Of a DNA stretch of 64,000 nt, positions 12,201 to 24,464 are shown one piece after another. This DNA is from Macrostomum hystrix. Taxonomy: Eukaryota > Animalia > Platyhelminthes. The stretch spans positions 3,100,001 to 3,164,000 of the forward strand of contig CATNEN010000011.1 in the NCBI GenBank assembly GCA_950097015.1. The letters run 5' to 3'. Positions within the stretch are counted from its first letter, which is position 1. Each line of letters begins with the position of its first letter. The notes beneath the pieces are model-generated. The model saw nothing but the letters and a program-made list of their open reading frames with translations. It was not told the DNA's origin and did not search any database. Both the position numbers and the translations under genes were made by a program.

Positions 12201-15200
12201 TCAGCTTCTTGGAACGACCGGCAGAGCGCATCACGCAGCACTGCGTCAGGAACATCACCTGTGAGTTCACCGCTGAGGGATTCAGGCGAGTCACGAAGTC
12301 GATGGAGCCACCACCAGGTTAGTAAATAAAAAATGCTACCTAAAAAGCAACTGCAAACGCGCAAGATTTTGCACATTGAGGCTTAATCTTCTCGTATATA
12401 TTTATGGATATCATTGAGGTGATTTACCATGCTAACTTTTTTCCCTGTTTCATTATAGCTGTGCCTGAGTCGGTTAAGGTCGAGCCGCTGCATCCAGAGC
12501 TGTGGTCTCTGACTGGGTTGGTCAGCTTCCGCGCAATTTCAGAGTGTACTTGTCGAAATATGCAGCACAATTGCGAATTGAGGCTAGCCAGGGGCGATAA
12601 ACTTGGCGCCATGCTAGTTGAACGGGTCAGGAAATATTTTCAGGTTTTTTTGCCTCTGATTTCTTTGAAGTAAGTTAAAAAATGTTTCGGTTGCAGAAGA
12701 CTTCAGAACCTACTTGTACTTCGCTGCTCAGCTGCTCAATTGTAGTGACTTCACAATTTTCGGTGGTTGCTCGTCAGTCTGACATTTCAGGCTCTGTTAT
12801 TGCGTGTCAAATACTCAACGGCAGTTATTTCAAATACGTTCTGCCGCCAACTAACAGTGAGTCACGGGGGAAGTAGCTACTTGTGATCCCTTAAAGATTG
12901 TTTAAACTTGACTTTTAAACCAAAAACATTCAGTAACTGGGGAAAACGGACTGGCTGTAAGTGACTGGAGTGGCAGATCGGCATCTCGCTTGAGGATCAG
13001 ACTGTCACTCAATGCCGCAACAAATTCACCATTGTCGGCCACGTGCCGTCTGCGTCACGAGTGCCGGGGTGGATCTAGCACTTTACATCTGACTTCAGTA
13101 TGCAAACTGCACGATGCTAATTGGTGCTACTTGTTACTTGCTACGTAGCTACTTGAATCTAAGGACATCTTTCTGCTCTTTTTAGGTCCCTCATCAGAAG
13201 TCGAGTCAATTACTGTCACTGTTTGAGTCCAATCGACTTGTAATCGGAGGCGCTAATGGGGTCTGCGTCCGCAACGTCACCATCTGCGAGTTTTCTAACG
13301 CAGGGATCCCTGGAGTGCAGTCGAAGTCCTTCACTTTACCTTCTGGTATGATCAGGGTGTTACCATAATAATAATAATTACAGGATGGTTGCGGGCAATG
13401 GCACAACATTCGTGACACTAGACCCGCAGCCAGCAAGGAGGCAATTCTACCCATTCCAATTACTCCTGAGCACACACGCACACAGATACCGTACGCAGGC
13501 ACACGCTCGCGCAGGTGTGTACATCTGCCCTGACTGGCAGTGTACACTCTCACAGTGCCTTGGAAGTTGGCCCTCAAGGACGTAAATAGCACGACAATCC
13601 TCCATACCTTTTCTTTACGGCTGCTCCCCAAATGGCCTCGCCGTGGAATCGAGCTCAGGGACCGTGGTAGAGAGGCAAACGCATTAACCGCTTGCTACCG
13701 ACCCCCTAATATATTTAATCTAGGTGTTTTCCATGGTTAAATATAGGGTTCATTACTTGGTTTTGAGTGCTTAAATATCTTGGAATGCGAAGCGCACGAG
13801 TTCCATAGACATTTAAGCAAGAAAACCAAGTATTGAGTAGTACTGTAAAACGATTTTTAATTCCTGAGTCTCGACCATAGACTATGCATTAAAAGCGTGC
13901 ATTAAACGTCCCGCGGTTCCTAATTGGCTAAAAGCATTTAATGCACACTTTATCGTTTATTGCACGGTTTTTAACATTGCAATCGTTTTACAGTAAAATT
14001 TGTTTTATCCTTTTATGGCATAAATTAAATGTTAATCGCAAACAGTTCAAGATGAACATGACCACCTTAACTATGCTCAGCGTACCCGGAGTCGGTGAGA
14101 ATTCAGCCAATCCAGCCCCAGCTGTGGTCGCAGACAGGGCTGGTGTACTTTAGTGCATTGTCTGAAGCGGCCTGTCCCAGTGTGAGGCATCGCTGTGAGC
14201 TACGTACGTCCAGCGGCGAGTCACTCACTGCCAGGCAGGTGAAACTGGTGAGCGCTGATGAGTTGTACAGCTTAGGCTATGTACAACAATATTATAGATT
14301 GCTGTAAAAATGTTACAATTTGTTAATTTTAGATCGTGTCAGAGCCAGCAGGACTGCAGTGTCTGAGCACAGTGGCGTCTGATTTCTTTGTCGACGCTCC
14401 ACCGTCATTAGTAGTTGGCTCAGAGATCAAGTGCCATCTGCTGAACGGCAGCTCAGCTCTGTATCAATTGTCGCATTTGAAAATCGGTGAGCTCTCTGCC
14501 CACTTTCGATGTTTTGTTTTGAACCATACTGTCTCTTAACAGACGTCACAGAACTCAATTCTGAAATGGATCGTCCAGAAAAACTACGAGCCAGCGCCTC
14601 GGAGCGACCACTGATCTGGATTTTATCCGTGACAGTCACTTTGGCTGCCATCGCACTAACCGCTGTGTTAATCCTGCTATTCAAGAGCCTGAGGTGGATT
14701 CAACTTAAAAAGGCCAATGATTCAAAGAGGGAGCCAGTGGGTTTGCTGCCGACAAACCATTTCTATGCCAATGAATCCGCCAATACAGAAACGGTATGTA
14801 AGGAAATCAACACAGCATTTGTTCGTTTTGCAGTTTCAAAGTGCTTTAAAAAATGAATTGCACTGTCTACTGCTCCTCAGTCCTGGAACAAGTGTAGAGA
14901 CCGCAGGATTGAAGGATTTGTTACTTCCTTCCTTGAAGGATTTAGCACATTTTTCAACTGAATCGAGTGGCAAATCAATTGCTCACGCAATATTCGAACT
15001 ATAGAATAGACTAGCAAAAAATGAGTCTGAATGTAATATTTTGTCGTCAGGGGGTAAGTTTCAGAGCGGTTTAATGTGTTTGCGTCACGCACCAAGGTCC
15101 CTGAGCTCGATTCCGTGGCGAGGCCACAATTTCATTTAGGGCGCAGCCGTGGAGAGAAGGCTTGGGTGCTTGTCGTGTAATTTACGTCCGTCCACTGTCA

Positions 15201-15356
15201 GAAAATGATGTCCCAGTGTTAACAGCCGTCTTTTAAATATCATTCTATTATTTTGCGCAAGAACATTAATTACTCTTCATCTTGTGACTTTATGCTGACA
15301 CAAATAAATTTCAGCTCGATGACAAAGTCGACACAACGGGTGTTTATGTTTCGTAG
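9206..15356 (+). CDS. G3: SP-CUB-CUB-X-Y-X-Y-X-TM type I membrane protein (~880 aa; ~909 aa with an optional Thr-rich exon)
   Basis: Exons 9206-9257 (SP), 9337-9690 (CUB1), 10057-10392 (CUB2), possible 10646-10732 (Thr-rich linker), 10822-10991+11064-11220 (X1), 11941-12095+12164-12317 (Y1), 12459-12625+12697-12856 (X2), 12934-13097+13186-13345 (Y2), 14081-14247+14333-14486 (X3), 14543-14793 (TM LIWILSVTVTLAAIALTAVLILLF), 15315-15356 (LDDKVDTTGVYVS*). All GT-AG, phase-consistent and open. Confidence 0.85.
9695..9990 (-). mobile_element. SINE family 2 copy in G3 intron 2
   Basis: Body homologous to 13366-13690, with a partial tRNA-like head at the right end. Confidence 0.65.
11450..11900 (-). 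repeat. Two tandem tRNA-like heads (~11452-11530, ~11604-11680) interleaved with a 15-bp tandem array (tacaagctccgtctt)
   Basis: The minus strand reads gggagcttgtagcaaagtggttagagcttcggac (A-box-like) twice; the 15-bp unit resembles the 5' end of that head. Confidence 0.7.
13366..13690 (-). mobile_element. SINE family 2, near full length (tRNA-like head, body, (TTA)n tail)
   Basis: Minus strand: agcggttaatgcg...ggtccctgagctcgattccacggcgaggcc head, shared body, and a TTA-repeat tail at ~13366-13380. Confidence 0.7.
15062..15170 (+). mobile_element. SINE family 2 head fragment in the last intron of G3
   Basis: gagcggtttaatgtgtttgc..ggtccctgagctcgattccgtggcgaggcc matches the reverse complement of 13580-13690. 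Confidence 0.6.
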
Positions 15357-15767
15357 GATAATCTGGCGCATCTTTTGGCTCTGGACAGGAATGAGGCTTG
15401 GAGAAGCCAGTTAGAATAAATATCTGACTTTTCATACTATGAACGCATGGGGTCTGTGACAATTAACAGATTTTTAACGATTTACTGACAATATATGTAA
15501 CCATATCGATACTGTTTTAATTTGTAAATTCAACTACCGCTTATATATTGCACATTTTTATTCCAGAATCATGATTTATTCAAAATTATAACAGCCATAA
15601 ATCATTATTTGCACTAGCCTTCGTAGGATTTTCATTTAAAGGATTTACGTATAAACCAGTAGACTGATTGTTTAAAAAAAACTACTGGAAAAAACTACAT
15701 ATCATATTTTACTTTTATTTTTGTGGATACTGTTGATAACTGACTTGAGTTATGGTGTGAACGACTG

Positions 15768-17735
15768 GCTTAATTGGGGTGGGGTGTGGACGATTGCTTA
15801 TTTGAGGTGGAGTGAGGACGATTGCTTATTTGAAGTGGAGTGTGGACGATTGCCTCTTTGAGGGTGGAGTGTGGACGATTGCCTCTTTGAGGGTGGAGTG
15901 TGGACGATTGCCTCTTTGAGGGTGGAGTGTGGACGATTACTTATTTGAGGTGGAGTGTGGACGATTGCTTATTTGAAGTGGAGTGTGGACGATTGCTTAT
16001 TTGAAGTGGAGTGAGGACGATTGCTTATTTGAAGTGGAGTGTGGACGATTGCCTCTTTGAGGGTGGAGTGTGGACGATTGCCTCTTTGAGGGTGGAGTGT
16101 GGACGATTACTTATTTGAGGTGGAGTGAGGACGATTGCTTATTTGAAGTGGAGTGTGGACGATTGCTTATTTGAAGTGGAGTGAGGACGATTGCTTATTT
16201 GAAGTGGAGTGTGGACGATTGCCTCTTTGAGAGTGGGGTGTGGACGATTGCCTCTTTGAGGTGGAGTGTGGACGATTGCTTATTTGAAGTGGAGTGTGGA
16301 CGATTGCCTCTTTGAGAGTGGGGTGTGGACGATTGCCTCTTTGAGGGTGGAGTGAGGACGATTGCTTATTTGGGGTGGAGTGTGGACGATTGCCTCTTTG
16401 AGGGTGGAGTGAGGACGATTGCCTCTTTGAGGGTGGAGTGTGGACGATTGCCTCTTTGAGGGTGGAGTGAGGACGATTGCCTCTTTGAGGGTGGAGTGAG
16501 GACGATTGCTTATTTGGGGTGGAGTGTGGACGATTGCCTCTTTGAGGGTGGGGTGTTGACGATTGCCTCTTTGAGGGTGGGGTGTGGACGACTGGCTTAA
16601 TTGGGGTGGAGTGTGGACGATTGCCTCTTTGAGGGTGGGGTGTGGACGATTGCCTCTTTGAGGGTGGGGTGTGGACGACTGGCTTATTTGGGGTGGAGTG
16701 TGGACGATTGCCTCTTTGAGGGTGGGGTGTGGACGATTGCCTCTTTGAGGGTGGGGTGTGGACGATTACCTCTTTGAGGGTGGAGTGAGGACGATTGCTT
16801 ATTTGAAGTGGAGTGTGGACGATTGCCTCTTTGAGGGTGGGGTGTGGACGATTACCTCTTTGAGGGTGGGGTGTGGACGATTGCCTCTTTGAGGGTGGAG
16901 TGAGGACGATTGCCTCTTTGAGGTGGGGTGTGGACGATTACCTCTTTGAGGGTGGAGTGAGGACGATTGCCTCTTTGAGGTGGAGTGTGGACGATTGCCT
17001 CTTTGAGGGTGGGGTGTGGACGATTACCTCTTTGAGGGTGGAGTGAGGACGATTGCTTATTTGAAGTGGAGTGTGGAGGATTACCTCTTTGAGGGTGGAG
17101 TGAGGACGATTGCCTCTTTGAGGTGGAGTGTGGACGATTGCCTCTTTGAGGGTGGAGTGAGGACGATTGCTTATTTGAAGTGGAGTGTGGAGGATTACCT
17201 CTTTGAGGGTGGGGTGTGGACGATTACCTCTTTGAGGGTGGGGTGTGGACGATTACTTATTTGAGAGTGGAGTGTGGACGATTGCCTCTTTGAGGGTGGG
17301 GTGTTGACGATTGCCTCTTTGAGGGTGGGGTGTGGACGACTGGCTTAATTGGGGTGGAGTGTTGACGATTGCCTCTTTGAGGGTGGGGTGTTGACGATTG
17401 CCTCTTTGAGGGTGGGGTGTGGACGACTGGCTTAATTGGGGTGGAGTGTGGACGATTGCCTCTTTGAGGGTGGGGTGTGGACGATTGCCTCTTTGAGGGT
17501 GGGGTGTGGACGACTGGCTTAATTGGGGTGGAGTGTGGACGATTGCCTCTTTGAGGGTGGGGTGTGGACGATTGCCTCTTTGAGGGTGGGGTGTGGACGA
17601 TTGCCTCTTTGAGGGTGGGGTGTGGACGATTGCTTATTTGAGGTGGAGTGTGGACGATTGCTTATTTGGGATGGAGTGTGGACGATTGCCTCTTTGAGGG
17701 TGGGGTGTGGACGATTACTTATTTGGGGTGGAGTG
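15768..17735. repeat. G-rich minisatellite, 28/29-bp units (tgtggacgattgcctctttgagggtggrg and tgtggacgattgcttatttgaagtggag), ~2 kb
   Basis: Direct inspection; roughly 68 units with interspersed variants. Confidence 0.95.
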
Positions 17736-18269
17736 TACAAATGTTCTTTAAGTTTGAGACTGAAATCACATGTTTATAACATTTATATTTCGTTTGCTAT
17801 CTAAAATATTTAACTTCGTCAATTTATTGCTTGTTTCCAGTGTATCCAGGATTTTTTACTACTCGTACATTACTCTAGTTGTTTTTCGTCCATCTATTTG
17901 TACTTTACTCTTGTCTTGCCTTGCTATCGTTTTTGGGCCTACCAAATACAGATACTATGTTTTACTATGTATTTATAGTATCTGTGGGGTCTACAAATGA
18001 AGGCCAATAGATGCATGAATTGCTATTTCTGCCTTGCTAACCTGCACATTACTTTTGAGTCTGATTCTTCAGGACTTGATTCTGTATCAACTATTAAAGG
18101 CATTACCGTTAATTGTTATGGTCAATAAATTATCGTTATTGCTAACGTAACGCTGGTCTGGTTTCAAAATGACGAAAGCGACTCGAATGGCAATTCAGAT
18201 TGAATGGCGTGTAGCGGACTTAATTGATTTTACTGTCTTTATTTATTTATGTTCACTTAAAGATAAGGG

Positions 18270-18800
18270 ATAATCCGGCGAACGCGGCGCGGTCGGTAAC
18301 AATCGCAATGGCAGCTAGAAGTTTAATAAACAATGCGCGTTCACATAATTTGGAAACAGCGAAATGGCGAAATGACTGGTGAGACAGGTGGCAACAGGCG
18401 AAACAACTAGTAAAGAGAATCGAAAGCCAGAGGCTTCTAATAGCAAAAGTTATTAGCATTTGAGTTCACAAGGACCTCCAGCGATGTCCACCAAAACTGA
18501 AGGTCCATGTAAGTAAGCTAAAATGATTTGTGAACTTCAGTTTTAAGTCCGAAAATTCTAATAAAGCATGCATTCGACAGCAGTGGTGATGCGCCGAGCA
18601 TGAGTCTTGATAAGAGACTGTTTTTACAGCTCAATCAGGGAGACATTGTTACAAGAAATGTCGTTCGACATTTCGAAACTTAACTGAAGATGAAAAATGG
18701 AGATACCTAATGGCGCAAGAAAGTAAAGAACTGACAGAAAAACTAGCGTTGTTCATAAAAAGACTTATAAGAAATTAGAGAAATTACACAGCTGCCCTGA
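18270..18800 (+). mobile_element. Decayed LINE 3' fragment (same broad group as 46170-47316)
   Basis: Ends with ..EDEKWRYLMAQESKELTEKLALFIKRL, similar to ..DDKIVYLITQKSTELTESFVDFIES at 46.9-47.0 kb. Confidence 0.45.
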
Positions 18801-19509
18801 CTAGAGTTATGCATCACTATGGCATGACAGATATAACAGACAGAAGATAATATAATGCAAACGATATATGCTATATTACTGTAACCAAAATATGTTTAAC
18901 AATGCAAATGATGTGACTTTAACTCAATATTTAACTACTTCTTTAATTTTGCGCCATGAAAAACGTTTCGCTAACCGTTTTTTCTTTCACTTCTGCTTTC
19001 ATTTTTACTTCCTTTTTATTCGTTGTTTAGTGCAACTACTCATAGTAGCGATAAAAAATCAGCATCTCTTTTGTGTGCGCACTTAATGATCAGAAAAAAA
19101 TAAAAACATGTTTCTGTACTCATTAGTTTTTTGTAAATTTTATAATTGCTTTACGACAGGGAAGATGCATTTAGAGTACGACACAAGGCAGTAAAACGCA
19201 ATAATGCTTTCTTCTCCGATAGAGCATTATCGTTGATAGTGCATAGTCATCGCCAGCATCATAGAGCTGGCAGATGAATATAATCTTTCCGCCATAGTCT
19301 GGATTGACTACACGACAAACCACAAATTATATAACCATTATATTGTATATATTATATTATATAACCACTAAGCTTTTTTGTTTTCACGGCTGAAAACTAA
19401 ATTTATGTTAAAATCACCATGAATACAATCTCAGGAACTTGGGTGTGAGCTAGACTTGGACTATAATCTGCATTCGTTTATTGGCTGTCGTCTACACGTT
19501 CACAAACAT

Positions 19510-19752
19510 TGTAGCGGGTTGCCGAGTTGGCTTCGCAAACGAGTTCGTGTTTATTTGAGTTCGCAAAAAGGGGTGAGGGCTCTGTGCCCGAGACAAAGAG
19601 CCTTATAAAGGCCAGCGCGACTTCTCCATGTCCCCAACCCCACTGAGGATCGCAAACCAATGCGACCGCGCGAGCAGGGGTGACGCATCCGCCCAGACCG
19701 TGGTGTGATGTCTGGGGCCGGCTGTCTGGGGTAGAGTGCACTCTCCGCCACA
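19510..19752 (-). repeat. 3' LTR of gypsy element 1
   Basis: 243 bp, matches 23616-23858. Confidence 0.95.
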
Positions 19753-19772
19753 GAGCTCCCCCCAGCGCTGGC

Positions 19773-22700
19773 CTACGGTGGCTGCCGGCATCGACGGCTG
19801 GGCTGCTGACGGCAAGCTGGTTGCTTTTGCGGCGGAACGCGTGGGGCCTCTGTGGTGCTGGCTGGCTCGTTGGCGGTCAGAGGAGGGGTGCATTCCGCGG
19901 GGTTCCGTGGAGGACGGCCGCGAGGCCGCAGCGCAGGCAAGGGCACTGGACACGTTGGATCAAGCGTCGCTGGCTTCAGCCGGTCCACGGAGACGTAGTC
20001 ACGCCGGGTGCCAAGATCTAGCAGGAAAACCTTGGCGCCCCGCTCCAGCACCTTGAATGGGCCATCGTACGGCCTCTGGAGCGCCGAACGGTGACCATCG
20101 CGCCTGACGAAAACGTGCGTGCAGGTATCGAGGGCGGGCGGCCAGGAGTGCGGGCGGTGGCCGTGCTGAGAGGTCGGCGGTGGGCGGAACGCCCGAACAG
20201 CGCTACGCAGGCTGGCAAGGAACTCGCCTTGGCTGCATGAGGGCTGACAGGCCTGTAAGCATTCGCCGGGCACCGTCAGCGGCGCACCGTAAACCAGCTC
20301 GGCTGACGAAACTGCGAAGTCCTCCTTAGGAGCCGTTCGAATGCCTAGAAGCACCCACGGGAGCTCAGCGGTCCAGGCTGGCCCGGTTAGCCGCGCCATC
20401 AAGGAAGCCTTGAGCTGTCTGTGGAATCGCTCGACGAGCCCGTTGGCCTGCGGGTGAAACGCTGTCGTGTGATGGAGCTGCATGCCCAGCAGGCGAGACA
20501 CGTTGGTCCAGAGCTCCGAGGTGAATTGGGCTCCGCGGTCTGATGTGATTTCGCGGGGAACGCCGAAACGGGCGATCCAGTGGGCGATGAACGAGGAAGC
20601 GCAGGTGGCTGCCGAGGTGTCAGATAAAGGGATGGCCTCGGGCCATCGGGTGAAGCGGTCGACCACAGTCAGCAGGTGCGTGAACCCCTGCGAGGGTGGC
20701 AGAGGGCCCACGAGGTCGATATGCACATGTTCGAAACGCGCTCCTGGCACCGGGATGCTGTCGGGTGTGGTGGCCACGTGTCGCTGCACCTTGGCTGTCT
20801 GGCAAGCGATGCAGGCGCGCGCCCACTGGCCGACGTCGCGGTTCAGGCCGGGCCAGACGAAGCGATCGGCTACCAAGCGGCGGGTGCTGCGGATTGACGG
20901 GTGTGCCAGGCTGTGGATCGCCTCGAACACTGATCGACGGAAAGCTGGCGGCACCAACGGGCGCGGCCGGCCGGTGGAAGTGTCGCAAAGCAGATCCAAT
21001 CCTGAGCGCATGGCCACGCGCTTCAGCTGAAGCCCGGAATCTTGCGGCATCGGTTCGCCGAGTTTCTGTGCCTGTGCCATGGCTGTGTAGTCGACTCCGG
21101 GCATCACACTTGCGATTGTGCAGCGGGACAGCGCATCGGCCACGGGATTGTCCTTTCCAGCGACGTGCCGGATGTCGGTGGTGTACTCTGACACGTAGGC
21201 GAGGTGCCGCTGCTGTCGGGCGGACCACGGCTCGGACAGTTTGGCCATGGCTGCGGCGAGTGGCTGGTGGTCGGTGAACGCGGTAAAAGGGCGGCCTTCC
21301 AGGAGGAAACGGAAATGGCGGGTGGCCAGGTAGAGCGCCAACAACTCGCGGTCGAAAGCGCTGTACTTCTGCTCTGGGGGCCGCAGTTGCTTACTGAAAA
21401 ATGCAAGCGGCTTCCACAGGCCGCCGACCCGCTGCTCGAGGACGGCTCCGACGGCCGTTTGCGAGGCGTCAACGGTGAGTGCCGTGGGCGCCTCCGGGTC
21501 AGGGTGCACCAGCATGACTGCGTCGGCCAGGGCTCGCTTTGTGTCCTCGAATGCGTCGGTCAACTCCTGCGTCCACTGCAGTAGCTTCTCCTTGCCAGCC
21601 ATTGCGCGATAGATTGGGCGAAGGAGCTGGGCGGCTCGCGGCACGAAACGGTGGTAGAAATTCACCATGCCAGTGAACTCCTGCAGGCCCTTGACTGTCG
21701 TAGGGGGCGCAAATTTGCGTATGGCTTCGACCTTGTCAGGCAATGGCACGGCTCCCTGGCTGCTGATTCTATGGCCCAGGAAGTCGATTTCGCTACGGCC
21801 GAACTGGCATTTGGCCGGGTTGAGCAACAAGCCATTGTCTGCCAGCCGCTGGAATAGGACTCTCAGGTCGGACTGGTGTTGTTCCGGGCTGCTGCTTGCT
21901 ACCAGGAAATCATCGATGTAGGCAAACACGGACGGCAGGTCCTGGCAGATGGAGTCCACGAGCCGCTGGAAAGCCTGGGCCGCGTTCTTTAGCCCGAAGG
22001 GCATTCTGAGGAATTCGAAAAGGCCGAAGGGCGTAATGACGGCCGTCTTGGGAATGTCGGCCTCTGCGACAGGGATCTGGTGGTATCCGCGCACCAGGTC
22101 GACCTTGGAGAAGATGGAGCAACCTGCCAGACGCGCGGAGAAGTCCTGGATGTGCGGTACAGGGTAACGGTCCGGCACCGTTGCGTCGTTAAGGCGCCGG
22201 AAATCGCCGCAAGGCCGCCATCCGCCAGATGACTTCGGCACCATGTGCAACGGAGAAGACCAAGGGCTGCTGGAGCGCCGCACGATTCCGAGCTGTTCGA
22301 GCGTTCGGAACTCTTCCTTGGCTGCTGCCAGTTTGTCGGGTGGCAGGCGGCGGGCGCGGGCGTGCACCGGTGGACCCTGCGTGGGTATGTGGTGCTCGAT
22401 GCCGTGGCGTGGAGTGGCTTTCTTGAAACTCGGCTCGGTGATGCTGGGGAACTCGGCCAGTATCCGGCTGTAGGTGTCGCTGGCCACGGTTGCGGCGATC
22501 TGGGGTGCTGGTCCAGTGCCGGGCAGCAGGTGCACGCTGGCCAGAGAGCTGGCATCAAGGAGGCGGCGGTTAGGCAAATCCACCAGCAATCCGTGATGGC
22601 GTAGGAAGTCTGCGCCGATCAATGGCCGTGCGACCTCAGCCAACAAAAAGGGCCAAGTACAGGTCTTGAGGCCGATGTCCAGCGTGATAGTCCGACTGCC

Positions 22701-22967
22701 GAATGTACGGATGCGCGTGCCGTTGGCGGCGAACAGAGGCGGGCCAGTGGGCTGGTGACGGGTGTCGATGCCGGTGGCTGGAAAGATGCTGACCTCCGCG
22801 CCTGTGTCCACCAGGAAACGTCGGCCTGTGTGCACGTCGGGGATGAGCAGCAGATTGTTGCCGGCCGCCGAGATGGTCAGTGGCGACCGGCCTGCCCGTT
22901 TCCCTGGAAACTGCAGGGCTGCTGGCAACGCCTCGCCTCTGCGCCGAACTTGCGGTGGAAGTGGCAT
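19773..22967 (-). CDS. pol: Pol polyprotein (protease-RT-RNase H-integrase), translated by -1 frameshift from gag
   Basis: [10 protein letters not shown] protease, FAYIDD RT, RNase H TVDAS..ERE..TDH, integrase HHCC plus [24 protein letters not shown] motif; gypsy domain order. Confidence 0.97.
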   Translation of the reverse strand: MPLPPQVRRRGEALPAALQFPGKRAGRSPLTISAAGNNLLLIPDVHTGRRFLVDTGAEVSIFPATGIDTRHQPTGPPLFAANGTRIRTFGSRTITLDIGLKTCTWPFLLAEVARPLIGADFLRHHGLLVDLPNRRLLDASSLASVHLLPGTGPAPQIAATVASDTYSRILAEFPSITEPSFKKATPRHGIEHHIPTQGPPVHARARRLPPDKLAAAKEEFRTLEQLGIVRRSSSPWSSPLHMVPKSSGGWRPCGDFRRLNDATVPDRYPVPHIQDFSARLAGCSIFSKVDLVRGYHQIPVAEADIPKTAVITPFGLFEFLRMPFGLKNAAQAFQRLVDSICQDLPSVFAYIDDFLVASSSPEQHQSDLRVLFQRLADNGLLLNPAKCQFGRSEIDFLGHRISSQGAVPLPDKVEAIRKFAPPTTVKGLQEFTGMVNFYHRFVPRAAQLLRPIYRAMAGKEKLLQWTQELTDAFEDTKRALADAVMLVHPDPEAPTALTVDASQTAVGAVLEQRVGGLWKPLAFFSKQLRPPEQKYSAFDRELLALYLATRHFRFLLEGRPFTAFTDHQPLAAAMAKLSEPWSARQQRHLAYVSEYTTDIRHVAGKDNPVADALSRCTIASVMPGVDYTAMAQAQKLGEPMPQDSGLQLKRVAMRSGLDLLCDTSTGRPRPLVPPAFRRSVFEAIHSLAHPSIRSTRRLVADRFVWPGLNRDVGQWARACIACQTAKVQRHVATTPDSIPVPGARFEHVHIDLVGPLPPSQGFTHLLTVVDRFTRWPEAIPLSDTSAATCASSFIAHWIARFGVPREITSDRGAQFTSELWTNVSRLLGMQLHHTTAFHPQANGLVERFHRQLKASLMARLTGPAWTAELPWVLLGIRTAPKEDFAVSSAELVYGAPLTVPGECLQACQPSCSQGEFLASLRSAVRAFRPPPTSQHGHRPHSWPPALDTCTHVFVRRDGHRSALQRPYDGPFKVLERGAKVFLLDLGTRRDYVSVDRLKPATLDPTCPVPLPALRPRGRPPRNPAECTPPLTANEPASTTEAPRVPPQKQPACRQQPSRRCRQPP
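22860..22904 (-). promoter_or_regulatory. -1 programmed ribosomal frameshift signal (G GGA AAC, 6-nt spacer, 10-bp hairpin)
   Basis: Heptamer at 22904-22898 in the gag frame; stem GCCGGTCGCC/GGCGGCCGGC with one G-U pair; pol lies in the -1 frame. Confidence 0.85.
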
Positions 22968-23584
22968 AGGCCGCTTGCGTCGGTAGACGGGCGCTGCGTT
23001 GGGCGCGGCAGCTTATTTCGACCGTTGCCGAAATGGCGTGCCGCGTGCACCTCCGCCTCGCCAGCCAACTGAGCGGATGCAGCCACCGGCTGGGGCCGGC
23101 TGGCCCAGAGCTGGTCAGCGAGCTGGCCGGCCGCCCGAGGGTCCGAAAAATCCGCAGACACCAGCGCCATCCGGATGTCGTTGGGAAGTTGTTGACGGAA
23201 AAGCTCCTCGAACAACAGGCACGGTTTGTGATCGCCTAGCAGCGCCAGCATCTCGTCCATCAGCTCGGATGGGCGCCGGTCTCCTAGGCCGGAAAGGTTG
23301 AGCAGTCGGCTGGCGCGCTGCTGGCGTGTCAGACTAAAGGTACCGAGCAGGCGGGCCTTCAGTCCTTCATACTTGTCGGACTCCGGAGGACTCTCCAGAA
23401 CGTCCAGCAGGCGTTCAGCGGTCTGCTGATCCAGGGCGGCGACCAGATGGTAATACTTGGTTTCCTCCTGGGTGATGCCGCGCAGGAGAAACTGGGCCTC
23501 CGCCTGGATGAACCAAGCCCGCGGTTGGGCTGCCCAGAATGTGGGCAGTTTCAGTGCTACCGAGTTTTCGGTTGTAGGGGCCAT
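22877..23584 (-). CDS. gag: Gag (235 aa) with CHCC zinc knuckle
   Basis: [16 protein letters not shown]-terminus; [18 protein letters not shown] motif. Confidence 0.93.
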   Translation of the reverse strand: MAPTTENSVALKLPTFWAAQPRAWFIQAEAQFLLRGITQEETKYYHLVAALDQQTAERLLDVLESPPESDKYEGLKARLLGTFSLTRQQRASRLLNLSGLGDRRPSELMDEMLALLGDHKPCLLFEELFRQQLPNDIRMALVSADFSDPRAAGQLADQLWASRPQPVAASAQLAGEAEVHAARHFGNGRNKLPRPTQRPSTDASGLCHFHRKFGAEARRCQQPCSFQGNGQAGRH

Positions 23585-23615
23585 TGGAACGAAATGGCTG
23601 CGTCGGGCTCACCAA

Positions 23616-23858
23616 TGTAGCGGGTTGCCGAGTTGGCTTCGCAAACGAGTTCGTGTTTATTTGAGTTCGCAAAAAGGGGTGAGGGCTCTGTGCCCGAGAC
23701 AAAGAGCCTTATAAAGGCCAGCGCGACTTCTCCATGTCCCCAACCCCACTGAGGATCGCAAACCAATGCGACCGCGCGAGCAGGGGTGACGCATCCGCCC
23801 AGACCGTGGTGTGATGTCTGGGGCCGGCTGTCTGGGGTAGAGTGCACTCTCCGCCACA
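23616..23858 (-). repeat. 5' LTR of gypsy element 1
   Basis: 243 bp, followed on the minus strand by the PBS. Confidence 0.95.
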
Positions 23859-24124
23859 ACATACTATTTATAGTGTATAAGATTGTTATAAACGGCATTA
23901 TTAAATATCCTTTTAGGTTTGGTACAAGAAAAGATAGTATTATATTTATGGGGTAAAGTATGTTTACATTATTAGCAAAGTAAAGCTAAATCAGTCGATA
24001 AATCTAAAATATTAAGCTTTAAATGGTGACAAACTTGAAATTCACGTTCATAGATATTAACTTTTAACCAAACACATCATAGCATGAGACTTCTGCTTTG
24101 ATGCTGTAGAAGCTACTAAGAGGT

Positions 24125-24430
24125 TTTAGCCTTGTGGTTAGAGCGTCGGACTCACGATTCGAATGTCGGAGGTTAGGTCGGAGGTTCGATTCCCGACTCC
24201 AGTGGAACAATATGTGTCCTTTAGCAAGCAAATTAACTCTGCATTGCTTCAGTTCACCCAGCTGTTAAATGAGTACAAGCATTCGCTTGGATAATTGAGG
24301 GTGTGGCGTCCCCCCCAGTCCATGGACTGAACAGCTGTACGCAGCCTTCAGATTTGCCGCGCAATAGCTGCAGCTGTGCGTCAGCTGCACATCTGGCCCG
24401 ATTGGGGCAGGTGTAATCAATTATTACTTA
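24125..24430 (+). mobile_element. tRNA-derived SINE family 1 with CORE-like central domain
   Basis: A-box TAGCCTTGTGG, B-box GGTTCGATTCC, then gtgtcctttagcaagc..ttaactctgcattgcttcagttcacccagctgttaaatgagtac, resembling CORE-SINE domains; TTA-type tail. Confidence 0.7.
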
Positions 24431-24464
24431 TACTTATACTTTGATGTGTATAGTAATAGTAATT

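Larger units (their letters stand above)
19510..23858 (-). mobile_element. Intact Ty3/gypsy LTR retrotransposon, CsRn1/Boudicca/Kabuki-like
   Basis: Two 243-bp TG..CA LTRs that look identical by eye, 4-bp TSD ACAT (19506-19509 / 23859-23862), PBS TGGTGAGCCCGACG (tRNA-Trp-like), PPT GGGGGGAG, open gag and pol. Confidence 0.97.

Noticed and set aside
14834-15004. Alternative last exon for G3
   Set aside because: It needs a 40-nt intron and lacks the family motif; 15315-15356 matches the paralogous termini.
19478-23898. Many overlapping alternative-frame and antisense ORFs within the gypsy elements and Tc1
   Set aside because: Expected by-product of high GC content; only gag, pol and transposase frames carry recognisable motifs.
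24125-24205. tRNA genes at A/B-box sites (also ~8590, 11452, 11604, 13600, 31440, 58752)
   Set aside because: No closing acceptor stem or clean cloverleaf was evident, and most continue into shared repeat bodies, so they are treated as SINE heads. tRNAscan-SE would settle this.
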